Assembly (NCBI GenBank): GCA_040772485.1
Contig: JAXGYC010000007.1
Coordinates: forward strand, 1 to 64,000
Source of the DNA: Sedimentisphaerales bacterium
Lineage (GTDB): Bacteria; Planctomycetota; Phycisphaerae; Sedimentisphaerales; Anaerobacaceae
Reading direction: 5' to 3'
DNA length: 64,000 bases
Under the pieces are notes generated by a model. The model worked only from the letters and a program-made list of their open reading frames with translations, ran no database searches and had not been told where the DNA came from. The position numbers and the translations under genes are program-made. Positions within the stretch are counted from its first letter, which is position 1. The number at the start of each line of letters is the position of its first letter. Below are positions 1 through 9,783 of this stretch, piece after piece.

Positions 1-490
1 CCCGGTCCCGATACGTGGGGTTGGGAGTTGAAGGACCACGCGGTTCGGTATGTGGCGCTGCCGGTGGCCATGCAGTTTCTGGGCGTCACGGTCGAATTGC
101 ACCGGCTCATTGACGAGTTGGTGCGGACGGCGGCCCAGCCGTATGTGTTCCTGGAGTCGCGTTACTATCAGCGCAACGTCGGCAAGACATGGGTGCCGGA
201 TCCGACCGGGAACTTTCAGCGGATGTTCCGCACGCTGCAACGTCGGGCAAGGATCGAGCCACCGCACGCTGCAACGTCGGGCAAGGATCGAGCCACCGCG
301 TAGGTTTCACGAACTGCGGGCGGCGTTTGCCACGGCGATGATCCCCACGGTGGGATTGAGCCGGACGGCCGATGCGCTCGGGCATTCGACTACGCAACTG
401 ACACGCAAGTACGATCGTCATTCAGAGATGCTCTTGCTGGCGGATGTGGGCTCGGCAGCCCAGAAATGTTATAAGTCCTTAGTCCCATAA
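1..490 (+). pseudogene. Tyrosine recombinase/integrase, C-terminal catalytic part (5' end outside window), frameshifted
   Basis: Frame 1 reads ...ELKDHAVRYVALP...FQRMFRTLQRRARIEPP. After removing one 34-bp repeat copy it continues RRFHELRAAFAT...LGHSTTQLTRKY (HxxR, LGH, catalytic Tyr) to TAA at 488-490. Confidence 0.85.
231..298 (+). repeat. Perfect 34-bp tandem duplication
   Basis: cacgctgcaacgtcgggcaaggatcgagccaccg at 231-264 and 265-298; ccgc microhomology at the junctions. Confidence 0.97.
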
Positions 491-507
491 GATATGTTAT
501 GTTTCAT
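480..507 (+). other. dif-like XerC/XerD recombination site
   Basis: TAGTCCCATAA-GATATG-TTATGTTTCAT has the 11-6-11 layout. Against E. coli dif GGTGCGCATAA-TGTATA-TTATGTTAAAT: 6/11 and 9/11 arm identity, inner ATAA/TTAT dyad intact. Confidence 0.65.
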
Positions 508-576
508 TCGGGTATGCGGGCTGGGTCAACGGCAAATGGACTCTGGCCGCCGTTTTCGCGGCCTCCAGGCGGCTTT

Positions 577-2178
577 TCATGTAGCTGCCGCCGTGGCGTG
601 GGCCGCCGTCTGGCAGAGGTTTTCCCACATCAGGCCCACCGTGTCGGCCAAACCGAGATTCTGAAGGACGATCGAGATGTTCGTGGTCGAATCGAGATCC
701 GGGGTGACACTGGCCTCGAGATGGTGCTGGAGGTTGATGATCGACGAGGCGAACTTGATCCGGTTGCAGTACAGCAGACCTGTGCGGTAATACAGCTCGA
801 GTGTGGCCCGGTCATACGACGGCGGAGGTGTAATGTGGTCCATCGCTTCGCTGTCGCGTCCAGCCTCCAGAAGGCACAGGGCCAGCTTGGTTCGAGCCCG
901 GGTGAAGGTCGGGTTGATCTGGAGGGCGGTGTCGAAGGACTCGAGGGCCTGGGCGGGCTGGCCGGCATTGACCTGGAGCAGCCCGAGGCGGTAGTAGAGA
1001 TCGGGGTTCTGCGGGAACCTGGCGAGATGCCGGTGATGAGCGTCAAAGATGGCCTGGTCGAGGGTGAATCCGTCCTCGGGCGCCGGAATCAGATTGGCTT
1101 CGAGGGCGGCTTTAAGCACGAGTTTGGCCGTTTCCGCATAGAGAAAGGCGCTGTTCGGCTGGATCGCGGCAGCCAGGGTCAGCGTATGGCGTGCCTCGCT
1201 TTCCTGGGCGGCGAGCTTCTGCGCGGCCGCCAGCCCGACATAGGCTTCGACGATCTTGTCGTTGATCTCAATCGCCCGGTTGAACTGCTGGGCAGCCAAC
1301 TGTTCGGCGTGCATCTTGAGGTAGTTGGTGCCGAGTTTGATGGTCGCTTCGAGGTAGTCGGGGCAGAGCCGGATCGCATGCTGGTACTGGGCGATTGCGT
1401 CCGTCGTGGCGCCCATAGCGGCAATGATGTCGGCGCGCATGGCCACCAGATCGGCACGCTCCGGCTGATCGGCCAGGAGAAGATCGACCGCATCGAGAGC
1501 CTCTTCGAAGTTCCCCTCCATGACCATGCGATCGATTGCATCGTCTCGGGCCACGAAGTTGTCGGGATGGATAAGGATGGCGGTGTTGAAGGTTTCCACA
1601 GCCTTGGCCGACTGGCCGGTAGCGAGATAGAGGTATCCCAGGATGACCAGGGTCGAGATGTCATCCGGGTAATGGTGCCGCAGAGGCTCATACTCGGCGA
1701 TCGCGTCGTCCAGGCGGCCCTCTTTGAAGTAGATCGCCCCGAGCCGTTGCGCAGGCAATTGCAGGTATCCCTTGAACTTCAGGCAGTCCTGATAGAACTC
1801 GATGGCTTCGGCCTGATGGCCCAGCCGTTCGTGGCAGTGTCCCAGGGCGTAGAGCGCCAGCGTGTTGTTGGGCTGACGCACGTAGACGGACTGCAATTCC
1901 CCGGTGGCCTCGACCAGGTTGTTGGCCCGCAGCGACAGGCTGGCCGCCGCCATCCGGCCCAGCGTGCAGGCAGGATGCTCGAAAAGATAGAGCCGCAGTT
2001 GCTCCTGCGCCGCATCGTACTTGCTGTCGCTCATGAGGTCGATCACGTGGCTGAGATGACGCTCCTGAAGCGAGACCGGCTCGTCGCGGTTCTGGCGGCG
2101 TTCATCCAGCCAGTGCCAGATCAAGTCGGACGTGTCAACAACTATCGCCCTGCCGAAAATCTCAAGCAATCCACTCAT
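577..2178 (-). CDS. Tetratricopeptide repeat protein
   Basis: 533-aa ORF with many TPR-like helical repeats (e.g. ALYALGHCHERLGHQAEAIEFYQDCL, LYYRLGLLQVNAGQPAQALESFDTALQINP). Confidence 0.9.
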   Translation of the reverse strand: MSGLLEIFGRAIVVDTSDLIWHWLDERRQNRDEPVSLQERHLSHVIDLMSDSKYDAAQEQLRLYLFEHPACTLGRMAAASLSLRANNLVEATGELQSVYVRQPNNTLALYALGHCHERLGHQAEAIEFYQDCLKFKGYLQLPAQRLGAIYFKEGRLDDAIAEYEPLRHHYPDDISTLVILGYLYLATGQSAKAVETFNTAILIHPDNFVARDDAIDRMVMEGNFEEALDAVDLLLADQPERADLVAMRADIIAAMGATTDAIAQYQHAIRLCPDYLEATIKLGTNYLKMHAEQLAAQQFNRAIEINDKIVEAYVGLAAAQKLAAQESEARHTLTLAAAIQPNSAFLYAETAKLVLKAALEANLIPAPEDGFTLDQAIFDAHHRHLARFPQNPDLYYRLGLLQVNAGQPAQALESFDTALQINPTFTRARTKLALCLLEAGRDSEAMDHITPPPSYDRATLELYYRTGLLYCNRIKFASSIINLQHHLEASVTPDLDSTTNISIVLQNLGLADTVGLMWENLCQTAAHATAAAT

Positions 2179-2452
2179 CCCTCACTCCCAAAAGCACCGG
2201 GGACGTCAATAACGATTCTGCGGAGATATCGTCCAATTTCGCAGGGCGGTTAACCTGCCTGGATGCCGTGTGGGAGGTGGACGCGACTGTGCGGCGCGTC
2301 CGTCAGGGCGGTTGTGCACCCTGTAGCGATTGTTGCGATTCTGAAGGGGCCGTTATCAGACCCTTAACGGGCCGACGAGAGACCGTAGACGGCGCACCCA
2401 AGGCGCCAAGGGCCCTGCCGGCCATACCATGACCCGGCTGCCGGCAGAACAC

Positions 2453-2926
2453 CTACGACGTCTGGGCGTGCTTCTCCACCTCGCTGAGATACGCCACTGT
2501 GCGTTGGAGCGTATCGCTGAGGTGCTTGAGTCGGAGCATGGTCTTGACTCGCGTCAGCAGCTCGAGGCGGTTGACGGGCTTGCTGACGAAGTCGTCGGTC
2601 CCGGAGTCGATGCCGCGTTCGATATCTCCGAATTCGTTGAGCGCCGTGACCATGATCACCGGGATGTCGTTGGTGGCCGGGTCTTTCTTCAGCCGACGGC
2701 AGACCTCGAATCCGCTCATCTTGGGCATCATCACGTCCAGGAGAACCAGGTCGGGCTTGGTCCTGGCGACCAGATCCAGGGCTTCGACGCCGTCGCGGGC
2801 GGCAACGGTCCGGCACTCGACGTCTTCGAGATACGCCTGGATCAGTTCAAGATTCTGTGCGTTGTCATCTACCACGAGGATGACGGGCAGCCTCTCGGGC
2901 GGCGACGGGCGTTTTTGGTGACTCAT
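2453..2926 (-). CDS. Single-domain response regulator (receiver plus coiled coil)
   Basis: ILVVDD...LLDVMMP...MVTA...FVSKP motifs; GGAG RBS before ATG at 2926. Confidence 0.9.
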   Translation of the reverse strand: MSHQKRPSPPERLPVILVVDDNAQNLELIQAYLEDVECRTVAARDGVEALDLVARTKPDLVLLDVMMPKMSGFEVCRRLKKDPATNDIPVIMVTALNEFGDIERGIDSGTDDFVSKPVNRLELLTRVKTMLRLKHLSDTLQRTVAYLSEVEKHAQTS

Positions 2927-3013
2927 GAGCCAAGCTCCCGATATCAATGCTGGAGGCGGCCCAAACGCACGGGCCGGTTCGAGATCAACAATGTCACATC
3001 GCTTTCGGCGGAT

Positions 3014-3280
3014 TCACCATGTCAGGTCCGAGCGCTCCTCGATGAACTGACGCACCTCCGGGCGGATATAGATGCTCTCGATATCGAGCACCTTTCTCAC
3101 CGCGGCGGCACAGAGAGCCGCCGATTCGCCCGATCCGGCCTCGGTGTCCAGGAAGAACACGTTCTGGCCTCGGACAGCGCACAAGCCTCCGCCGTTGCCC
3201 CCCAGGGGCTCACGGCGGATCGTGACGCCCCCGCCGGCCAGAAGGGCCAGAAGCTCGTCCAGAATCCTCTGCTCGTTCAT
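3014..3280 (-). CDS. Hypothetical protein (88 aa)
   Basis: MNEQRILDELL... protein-like ORF, co-oriented with the response regulator. Confidence 0.65.
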   Translation of the reverse strand: MNEQRILDELLALLAGGGVTIRREPLGGNGGGLCAVRGQNVFFLDTEAGSGESAALCAAAVRKVLDIESIYIRPEVRQFIEERSDLTW

Positions 3281-3372
3281 GGCGGCCGTCCCCTGGACGC
3301 GGTCGCCCGCAAGACGCCGGCGACCGGCCGGGCCGTTTGCGAAAAAAACCGCACCCAGGCCGATCCAGATGC

Positions 3373-3401
3373 TTGTAAGACAACGACTTCCAATACATAA
3401 T
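3373..3401 (+). promoter_or_regulatory. Putative sigma70 promoter for the histidine kinase operon
   Basis: TTGTAA-17 nt-CATAAT in an AT-rich intergenic patch. Confidence 0.5.
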
Positions 3402-3450
3402 ACAGAGCGTACGGATACGACGGATCGCATTGTACAGAAGGAGTCGGCTG

Positions 3451-4233
3451 TTGGCAAGCATCATCGACAAACGCCTCGCCCTGCACCAGCGTCTGGCCAA
3501 GAAGGAACAGGAATACAACGCCCTGAAATCACAGAACGTGCAGCTTCAGGCCCTGGCCAATCTCGGTTCGGCCACCAGTATGATCGCGCATGAGATCAAC
3601 AATCTGCTGACGCCGTTGGCCAACTACGCGGCGCTGGCCGCGAAAAACCCCCACGACGCTGATCTGGTGGCCAAGGTGCTCGACAAGACCGTGCGCAACT
3701 GCCAGCGTGCCTCCAGAATCATGATCAGCATGCTGGCAATGGCCAATGGACAGACCCAGGAGAAGCACCGCGTGGCGTTGCGCGCCCTTGTGGACGACGT
3801 GTTCACATGCCTTTGTAGGGACTTCAACAAGGACGGCATCACCGTTCAGATGGACGTGCCCGAGACGGTAGAGATCGTGTGCGTGCCCGTTCAGATTCAG
3901 CAGGTGTTCATGAATCTGATCCTGAACGCGCGGGATGCCATGCTTCCGGGAGGCGGTCACCTGACGATCTCTGCGGCCGAGAACGGTGTGCAGGTGGACA
4001 TCGCGGTGACGGACACCGGCCGGGGCATCGCGTCAGAAGACCTCGAAAATGTCTTCGAGCCCTTCTATACGACCAAGGCCGGACAGGAGGGCCCTGCCAC
4101 ATATTCGGGCTCCGGGGTGGGTCTGGCGTTCTGCCGGCGAGTCGTGCATGCGCACGGAGGAGAAATTTCAGCGGAATCCTGTCCCGGCCGAGGAACCACG
4201 TTCCGCGTCTGCCTGCCCAAATCATCGTCCTGA
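3451..4233 (+). CDS. Cytoplasmic histidine kinase (HisKA plus HATPase_c)
   Basis: IAHEINNLL H-box, NLILNARDA N-box, DTGRGI, FEPFYTTK, GSGVGL; AAGGAG RBS before TTG. Confidence 0.9.
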   Translation: MASIIDKRLALHQRLAKKEQEYNALKSQNVQLQALANLGSATSMIAHEINNLLTPLANYAALAAKNPHDADLVAKVLDKTVRNCQRASRIMISMLAMANGQTQEKHRVALRALVDDVFTCLCRDFNKDGITVQMDVPETVEIVCVPVQIQQVFMNLILNARDAMLPGGGHLTISAAENGVQVDIAVTDTGRGIASEDLENVFEPFYTTKAGQEGPATYSGSGVGLAFCRRVVHAHGGEISAESCPGRGTTFRVCLPKSSS

Positions 4234-4238
4234 CGACA

Positions 4239-5504
4239 ATGATTGCCACCGTCTACCAGAACGTCGGTCACGTTATCGCGATGCTGGTTCTGCTGGCCGG
4301 ATCGGCTTTCTTTTCCGGGTCCGAGACGACTCTGTTCAATCTCACCCGACGCCAGATCAAGCAGATCACGAATTCCACGCGTCGCGTCCACAGGCTTCTG
4401 GTGCGCCTGCTGAACCGCCCCGGACAACTGCTCACCTGCCTGCTGCTGGGCAATATCACGGTCAACGTCCTGTTCTTCGCCGTTTCGAGCGTCCTGATGC
4501 TGCGCATCAAGGCGCAGTGGGGTCTGACGGCCGCGGCATCTCTGGCTGTCGTGACCTTCCTGGCGTTGGTGCTTCTCGGCGAGATCCTTCCAAAATCGCT
4601 GGCGTACGCGAATTCCTGGAGATTGGCGGGCGTGGTTGCCCTGCCCGTGTTTGTGTGTGTCCAGGTGTTGGGACCTCTGGCGTCGGTGGCGCGTGTTCTG
4701 CTGCTGGAGCCGATCCTGCGAATCCTGCTCGGGTATCGGCGTCACAGCAAGGCGATCACCCTGACGGAGTTCCGCTCGCTGATCGGTCTGAGCCGGCAAC
4801 GGGGGCTGATCAGCGAGGACGAGAACCGGCTGCTGGCGGAGGTGATCGAACTGGGCTTCCTCAAGGTCCGGCACGTCATGCGGGCACGTGTGGACATGGT
4901 CGCCTGCGACGTCTCCGAGCCGCCTTCCCAGGTGCGGCAACGCATGCAAGCGCATCGCCTTACGAAGATCCCTGTCTACGTCAAGGATGTGGATCGGGTG
5001 GTCGGCATGGTCCACCTGCGGCAGTTGCTTCTGCGGCCCGACACCTCCGTGGATCGGCTGGTCCAGCCGGTCGCCTTTGTGCCCGAGCAGAAGACGGTCG
5101 AATCCCTGTTGGAGCATTTTCGCAAGACCGAGACGGACATGGCGGTCGTCGTGGATGAATACGGCGGCATTGCCGGTTCGGTGCGTCTGGAGGATATCGC
5201 CGCAGAACTCTTCGGCCGCGCTGACCTCGATGGCGAGGGCGAACCCATCGAGCCGCTTGGACCCTTTGCGTATCGCCTCGCGGGCAGTCTGCCGATTCAT
5301 GAGTGGGCTGACGATCTCGGCCTCGATCTCAGTGAAACCCGGCTGGCGACGATAGGCGGACTGGTGACCGCCCTTCTGGGCAAGATTCCCAAACCGGGCG
5401 ATGCCGCCTGCCTGAACAACCTGCGGTTCACCATCGAACGCGTCCGAAAACATCGCATTGAGACGGTGATCCTGTCCCTGGAGCCCATTACCGATGGCCG
5501 GTAG
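4239..5504 (+). CDS. CNNM/DUF21-CBS-CorC (hemolysin/TlyC family) protein
   Basis: SAFFSGSET, GEILPKSLA, CBS pair, VVDEYGG, C-terminal CorC_HlyC-like domain. Confidence 0.9.
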   Translation: MIATVYQNVGHVIAMLVLLAGSAFFSGSETTLFNLTRRQIKQITNSTRRVHRLLVRLLNRPGQLLTCLLLGNITVNVLFFAVSSVLMLRIKAQWGLTAAASLAVVTFLALVLLGEILPKSLAYANSWRLAGVVALPVFVCVQVLGPLASVARVLLLEPILRILLGYRRHSKAITLTEFRSLIGLSRQRGLISEDENRLLAEVIELGFLKVRHVMRARVDMVACDVSEPPSQVRQRMQAHRLTKIPVYVKDVDRVVGMVHLRQLLLRPDTSVDRLVQPVAFVPEQKTVESLLEHFRKTETDMAVVVDEYGGIAGSVRLEDIAAELFGRADLDGEGEPIEPLGPFAYRLAGSLPIHEWADDLGLDLSETRLATIGGLVTALLGKIPKPGDAACLNNLRFTIERVRKHRIETVILSLEPITDGR

Positions 5505-6504
5505 CGTCGCTATCCTTGTCCTGGCCCTATGTGCCGCCGTGCTCTCGGCGGTGTACTCAGGATTGGAGACGGGCATGTACCGCCTCAGCCGGCTGCGCGT
5601 CCGTCTGGGGGCCGAAAAAGGCCACTGGCGGCCGAAGATCCTTAGCGAGATTCTGCCCGACGGCGCCGGCCTGTTGCTCTCGCTTCTGGTGGCCAACAAC
5701 CTGGCCAACTACGTGACAACCAGTTGCGTAACCTACCTGCTGTTGGGGGCCGTAGCATCAGCGCATGCGGCCGAGCTTCTGGCGGCGATGGTGACCGCCC
5801 CCCTGCTGTTTGTCTTCGCCGAGTCCACCCCGAAGAGTGTCTTCCTGTACCGCGCCGACGTTCTCATGCCGTTCTTTGCCCCGATGCTGCTGGTCACCCA
5901 TCGCCTTCTGACCTGGTGCGGCGCCGTCCCCCTGCTCAGGGGACTCTCGCACTTGTTCGGCTACACGATTCGATCATCAGTGCCGTCCAAGACGATGATC
6001 GCATCCGCCCAGCGTCACCAGGTCAGAGCCATCCTGCGCGACACGCAGGAGGAGGGTCTGCTGAGTCCTATCCAGACGGATATCGTCGATCGCATCGTCA
6101 ACATCCCGAGCCTGCGGTTGAGCGCCGTCATGGTTCCGCTGAACGAGGTACAGTCGGTGAGCGTCGGATCCGGCCGGACGGTTCTGCTGAACAAGCTCAG
6201 GCGGTATCCCTGGACACGGCTGATCGTATGGCAGGATGCACCCATGCATGTCATTGGTTTCGTCAACGTGTATGATGTGCTGAACGAAGAGGAAACCTTT
6301 GACGACCTGTCGCAGTTCGTGATGCCGCTGCGTCAGATGGACAGCCGAACGGCGGTGATTGATGCCATCGACGTGATGCGGCGGGACGATCTGGAGATCG
6401 TGCTGGTGACGCGAAGTCGACGAGGCAGCCACGACGTTCCCGTCGGGATCGTCACCATGAAGGACCTCGTGGAAGAACTCCTGGGCGAACTGGCGGAATG
6501 GTGA
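5494..6504 (+). CDS. CNNM/DUF21-CBS protein (second paralog, no CorC domain)
   Basis: SAVYSGLET, FAESTPKS, GIVTMKDLVEELLGE; overlaps the upstream stop. Confidence 0.88.
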   Translation: MAGSVAILVLALCAAVLSAVYSGLETGMYRLSRLRVRLGAEKGHWRPKILSEILPDGAGLLLSLLVANNLANYVTTSCVTYLLLGAVASAHAAELLAAMVTAPLLFVFAESTPKSVFLYRADVLMPFFAPMLLVTHRLLTWCGAVPLLRGLSHLFGYTIRSSVPSKTMIASAQRHQVRAILRDTQEEGLLSPIQTDIVDRIVNIPSLRLSAVMVPLNEVQSVSVGSGRTVLLNKLRRYPWTRLIVWQDAPMHVIGFVNVYDVLNEEETFDDLSQFVMPLRQMDSRTAVIDAIDVMRRDDLEIVLVTRSRRGSHDVPVGIVTMKDLVEELLGELAEW

Positions 6505-6505
6505 G

Positions 6506-8089
6506 ATGATACCTGCGTCGAAGTCGCGACCGTTCGGTTTCTACACGGCGGAACGCTTGGCAGCGGTCGGCAGGATGCTGATTCTTCTTGTGCTGCTCGC
6601 GGCGATCCTGGCCACCAGCATGACCAAGCAGCCGGTCAGCCGCGATGAGCACATGTACTGCACGGCGGCAGTTCTGCTCGCGCGCGGCCAGGCGATCTAC
6701 CGTGATTTCACCTATCCGGCGCAACTGCCGTACCATCCGCTGCTGCTCGGCGCCCTCTACCGGGCGCTCCACACAGACCACTATCTCCTGGTTGGGCGGC
6801 TGCTGTCCGCCTTCGGCGACATGGCGGTGGTCGTGTTGATCCTGACGATCTACCGCCGTGCGTTCGACAACCATCGGCTGGCGGGGCAATGGCTCGGGCT
6901 GGCGGGGGCGGTCTTGTATGTGTTCAATCCGCTGGTGGACTACGCCGCCGGCTACGCCTGGAACCACGACGTGGTTATTGCCTGCGTGGTCCTGTCTTTC
7001 TGGGTGTTTGCGAGAACCGGTTTTCGGCCGGCGCCCCCATTCTGGCGAATCGCTGCGATGGGAGCGCTGCTGACGTTCGCCACCTGTATGAGAGTGACCA
7101 CGGCCCTGGTGGCCGCCGTGTTTCTGGTTGCGGTGCTCGCAGCAGTCGGAGGATCTGTCTCCAATCGTATCCGCACCGCCCTGCCGTTTGCAGTCGCGAG
7201 CCTTCTGGTTCTGGCATGGCCTCTCTGGATCGTCATGCAGGCGCCGAAAGCTGCCTGGCTGAATCTGGTTGAGATTCCGGCTCTCTACGGGCGATGGCTG
7301 CATGAGGTCGGCCTGGTGTTCAACAAGGCCGAGTTGACCATTGACTGCCTCAAGACGCCCGGCTATCAGGCCCTGCTGGTTGTGACGATGTACTTGATGG
7401 CTGTAGCTGTCAGACGTCGCGCGTCCCTTTGCGACGCCTCGCGGCGGAATCTTCTTCTGGCCGGCGGGGTCGTGGTGTGCTTCTGTCTGATTGCCTTCAT
7501 TCCTCCGACGATGTGGCATCAGTACTGGGCGGTGCCGGTGCCGTTCCTGGTCATCGCCTGCGCCTACCCGATGGCGGCCTTGCGTCAGGCCGCACAGAAG
7601 CCCGACGGCAGACGGTCGTTCCGTATCGCTTGCGCCGTTACGTTCTCCTGTGCGACCTTGGCAATCCTGACCAATCTCACCGTTCTGCGTCGGCTGCCCG
7701 CCGTCATCGTGCCGGAATACTGGACCCCTGTGATGCTGCACAGAACCGCTGTGGATATCGCCGGCCGCGTGGGCGGGCCGAAGCTCGTCCTGACGCTCGG
7801 ACCGCTCTACGCGCTCGAGGGTGGAAGCGACATCTATCCCGAGCTGGCCAGCGGCTCGATCGTCTATCGCGCCGCCGACGCGATGTCGGCAGAAGACCGC
7901 GCGATCACACATACGGTCGGACCGGCGACACTCAAAGACCTTCTGAACAGGAAATCTCCCTCGGCGGCAATTCTCGGCGTGGAACCCTCGTATCTGTCGT
8001 TTCTTGAAGAGCCCCTGCTCCAGGCACTCGATCCTGCATGGCCTCGCCACAGCCGGGAAGACGGGCTCCAGGTGTACGTTCGCCCCTGA
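6506..8089 (+). CDS. Polytopic membrane glycosyltransferase (GT-C, ArnT/PMT-like)
   Basis: N-terminal TM then RDEHMY...YRDF...P motif; more than 10 hydrophobic segments. Confidence 0.7.
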   Translation: MIPASKSRPFGFYTAERLAAVGRMLILLVLLAAILATSMTKQPVSRDEHMYCTAAVLLARGQAIYRDFTYPAQLPYHPLLLGALYRALHTDHYLLVGRLLSAFGDMAVVVLILTIYRRAFDNHRLAGQWLGLAGAVLYVFNPLVDYAAGYAWNHDVVIACVVLSFWVFARTGFRPAPPFWRIAAMGALLTFATCMRVTTALVAAVFLVAVLAAVGGSVSNRIRTALPFAVASLLVLAWPLWIVMQAPKAAWLNLVEIPALYGRWLHEVGLVFNKAELTIDCLKTPGYQALLVVTMYLMAVAVRRRASLCDASRRNLLLAGGVVVCFCLIAFIPPTMWHQYWAVPVPFLVIACAYPMAALRQAAQKPDGRRSFRIACAVTFSCATLAILTNLTVLRRLPAVIVPEYWTPVMLHRTAVDIAGRVGGPKLVLTLGPLYALEGGSDIYPELASGSIVYRAADAMSAEDRAITHTVGPATLKDLLNRKSPSAAILGVEPSYLSFLEEPLLQALDPAWPRHSREDGLQVYVRP

Positions 8090-8101
8090 TGGGATTGCGG
8101 C

Positions 8102-9523
8102 TCACTTCTTGCGACGGTACTCGTCCATGATGGCTTGGGCGATGGCGTTGATCGCATCGCGACTGAGACTCGACCGATTGGAGATGATCGAGAACAGATA
8201 CGGCCCCTCGTCGGTCAGGCAGATGCCGGAGAACGACCGCACGCCGCTGATGTAGCCGGTCTTGCCCAGGATATCCGCGCGGTACGCCGACTCTTTGAAA
8301 TACCTGCCGATCGTGCCGTCTTCACCTCCGACGGCCAGAGAGGTCCGGTACAGCTCCCAGTTGCCGCCGGTGTAGGCGTCGCGCAGCACCGCCACGATGG
8401 CTCGGGCGCTGAGCAGGTTCTTTCGACTCAGGCCGCTTCCATCGTCGATCTCAAACTCCGCCCGAGGAATCCCCAGACCGGTCAGGTAGTCTCCGATCCG
8501 TTCGCGGCCTTTCTCCCAACTGCCGTTTCGGCGGTCGGGATTCTCGTGGGCCGCAATCGTCTTGAGCAGCGCCTCGGCCGCCAGTCCCAGGCTGTCTTTA
8601 TTGGCGCGATGCAGGCAGTCGATCAGAGGCGTGGCGAATTCGGCCACAGGAATGAGCCGGCCGTTGGGGTCGAGCGGCTTCTCGACGAGGTGCCCACCGA
8701 CCGGGATGCCCGCTCGGACCAGATGCTCGGCCAGCAGGAAGCCGAAGAACGCGCCGGGTTGCTCGATGGCCACGTCGAACGGTCCCTCCCGGTCCTTGCA
8801 CTTGCCGCGAAGGACGATGCGATTGGGCTGGCGCGTCCGATAGGCGCCGACGCCGGTGGCGCCGCTCGAAACCGCCTGGATCTCGTTGGCGATCTCAACA
8901 AAGGATGTGGACGGTTCGACCTGGACGCCGATCCGTCCGCCCTGATTCGTGGTGGTCACCTGGATGCAGTTGCCGCGATAGTTCAGACCGCACACTTCAC
9001 AGGCATACCACCGATTCAAGTCGCTTTCGAGCCAGTTGGGGTGAACCCGCTGATCGTCGAAAACCGTCGTATCAATGACGATGTCGGCAACAGACTCGAC
9101 GCCGAGTTGCTCAAGGCCGCAGACAACCTCGTCGAACACCCAGCCGTTCGGGCGGCCGTATAGCGCGTCCATGGCAGGGTCGCCGAGGAGCGGGTCCCCG
9201 CTGCCGATGACCAGCAATGCGCCGTCACACAACCCGATCCGGGTCCGGTACTCGAAGAGCGGCCCGAGATACCGCAGAGCGGCCGCCGTGGTGACCAGCT
9301 TCATGTTCGACGCGGGAGTCATAGCGGTGGTCGCGTTGTGGCTGTATATGACCGCGCCGGAGTCCGGCTCGACCACATGGACCGCGTATTCCGCCGGCTT
9401 GGCCTTGCCTACGACCCCCGCGATGCGTCCGGCGAGACCCGCGGTCACCGGCCGGCACAACCAGAGGCAGGCCCAGAGAACGAACGACAGTTTCTTGACG
9501 CGCGACTTCATGCTGTGCGACAT
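8102..9523 (-). CDS. dacB: D-alanyl-D-alanine carboxypeptidase/endopeptidase (PBP4 family)
   Basis: PASNMKL (SxxK), GSGDP, DGSGLSR, GKTG; signal peptide; start uncertain (9511 or 9523). Confidence 0.9.
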   Translation of the reverse strand: MSHSMKSRVKKLSFVLWACLWLCRPVTAGLAGRIAGVVGKAKPAEYAVHVVEPDSGAVIYSHNATTAMTPASNMKLVTTAAALRYLGPLFEYRTRIGLCDGALLVIGSGDPLLGDPAMDALYGRPNGWVFDEVVCGLEQLGVESVADIVIDTTVFDDQRVHPNWLESDLNRWYACEVCGLNYRGNCIQVTTTNQGGRIGVQVEPSTSFVEIANEIQAVSSGATGVGAYRTRQPNRIVLRGKCKDREGPFDVAIEQPGAFFGFLLAEHLVRAGIPVGGHLVEKPLDPNGRLIPVAEFATPLIDCLHRANKDSLGLAAEALLKTIAAHENPDRRNGSWEKGRERIGDYLTGLGIPRAEFEIDDGSGLSRKNLLSARAIVAVLRDAYTGGNWELYRTSLAVGGEDGTIGRYFKESAYRADILGKTGYISGVRSFSGICLTDEGPYLFSIISNRSSLSRDAINAIAQAIMDEYRRKK

Positions 9524-9783
9524 GATCCTCGTACTCACAATGTTTTTCGGTCGACCTGTGCCCTTTTTATCGGGCGACAGCATATCAAATCTTCAGACAA
9601 TGTTCAGGATTCTCCCAGCCGGATTGGCGTGCCGACGCGAATCCTCCGTAAATGGGCCGGGACGTGTGACTTCTCCGGACATCAAAACAGATCGCGCGCC
9701 GCCCGACTGAGAGTTCGTGCAGCAGCCGGCCCACCCTATACGGGTGCTACCCAGACGCGGGACAGGTGGTTCTGCGGCCGTCC

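Noticed and set aside
231..298. CRISPR array
   Set aside because: Only two directly adjacent copies with no spacer, inside a gene; no cas genes in the window
491..576. tRNA 3' fragment as integrase att site
   Set aside because: No TTCGA T-loop or CCA end on either strand; the dif-like site explains the junction better
2179..2452. Intergenic hairpins and a cagggcggtt direct repeat
   Set aside because: Short and GC-rich, compatible with chance; no recognisable element
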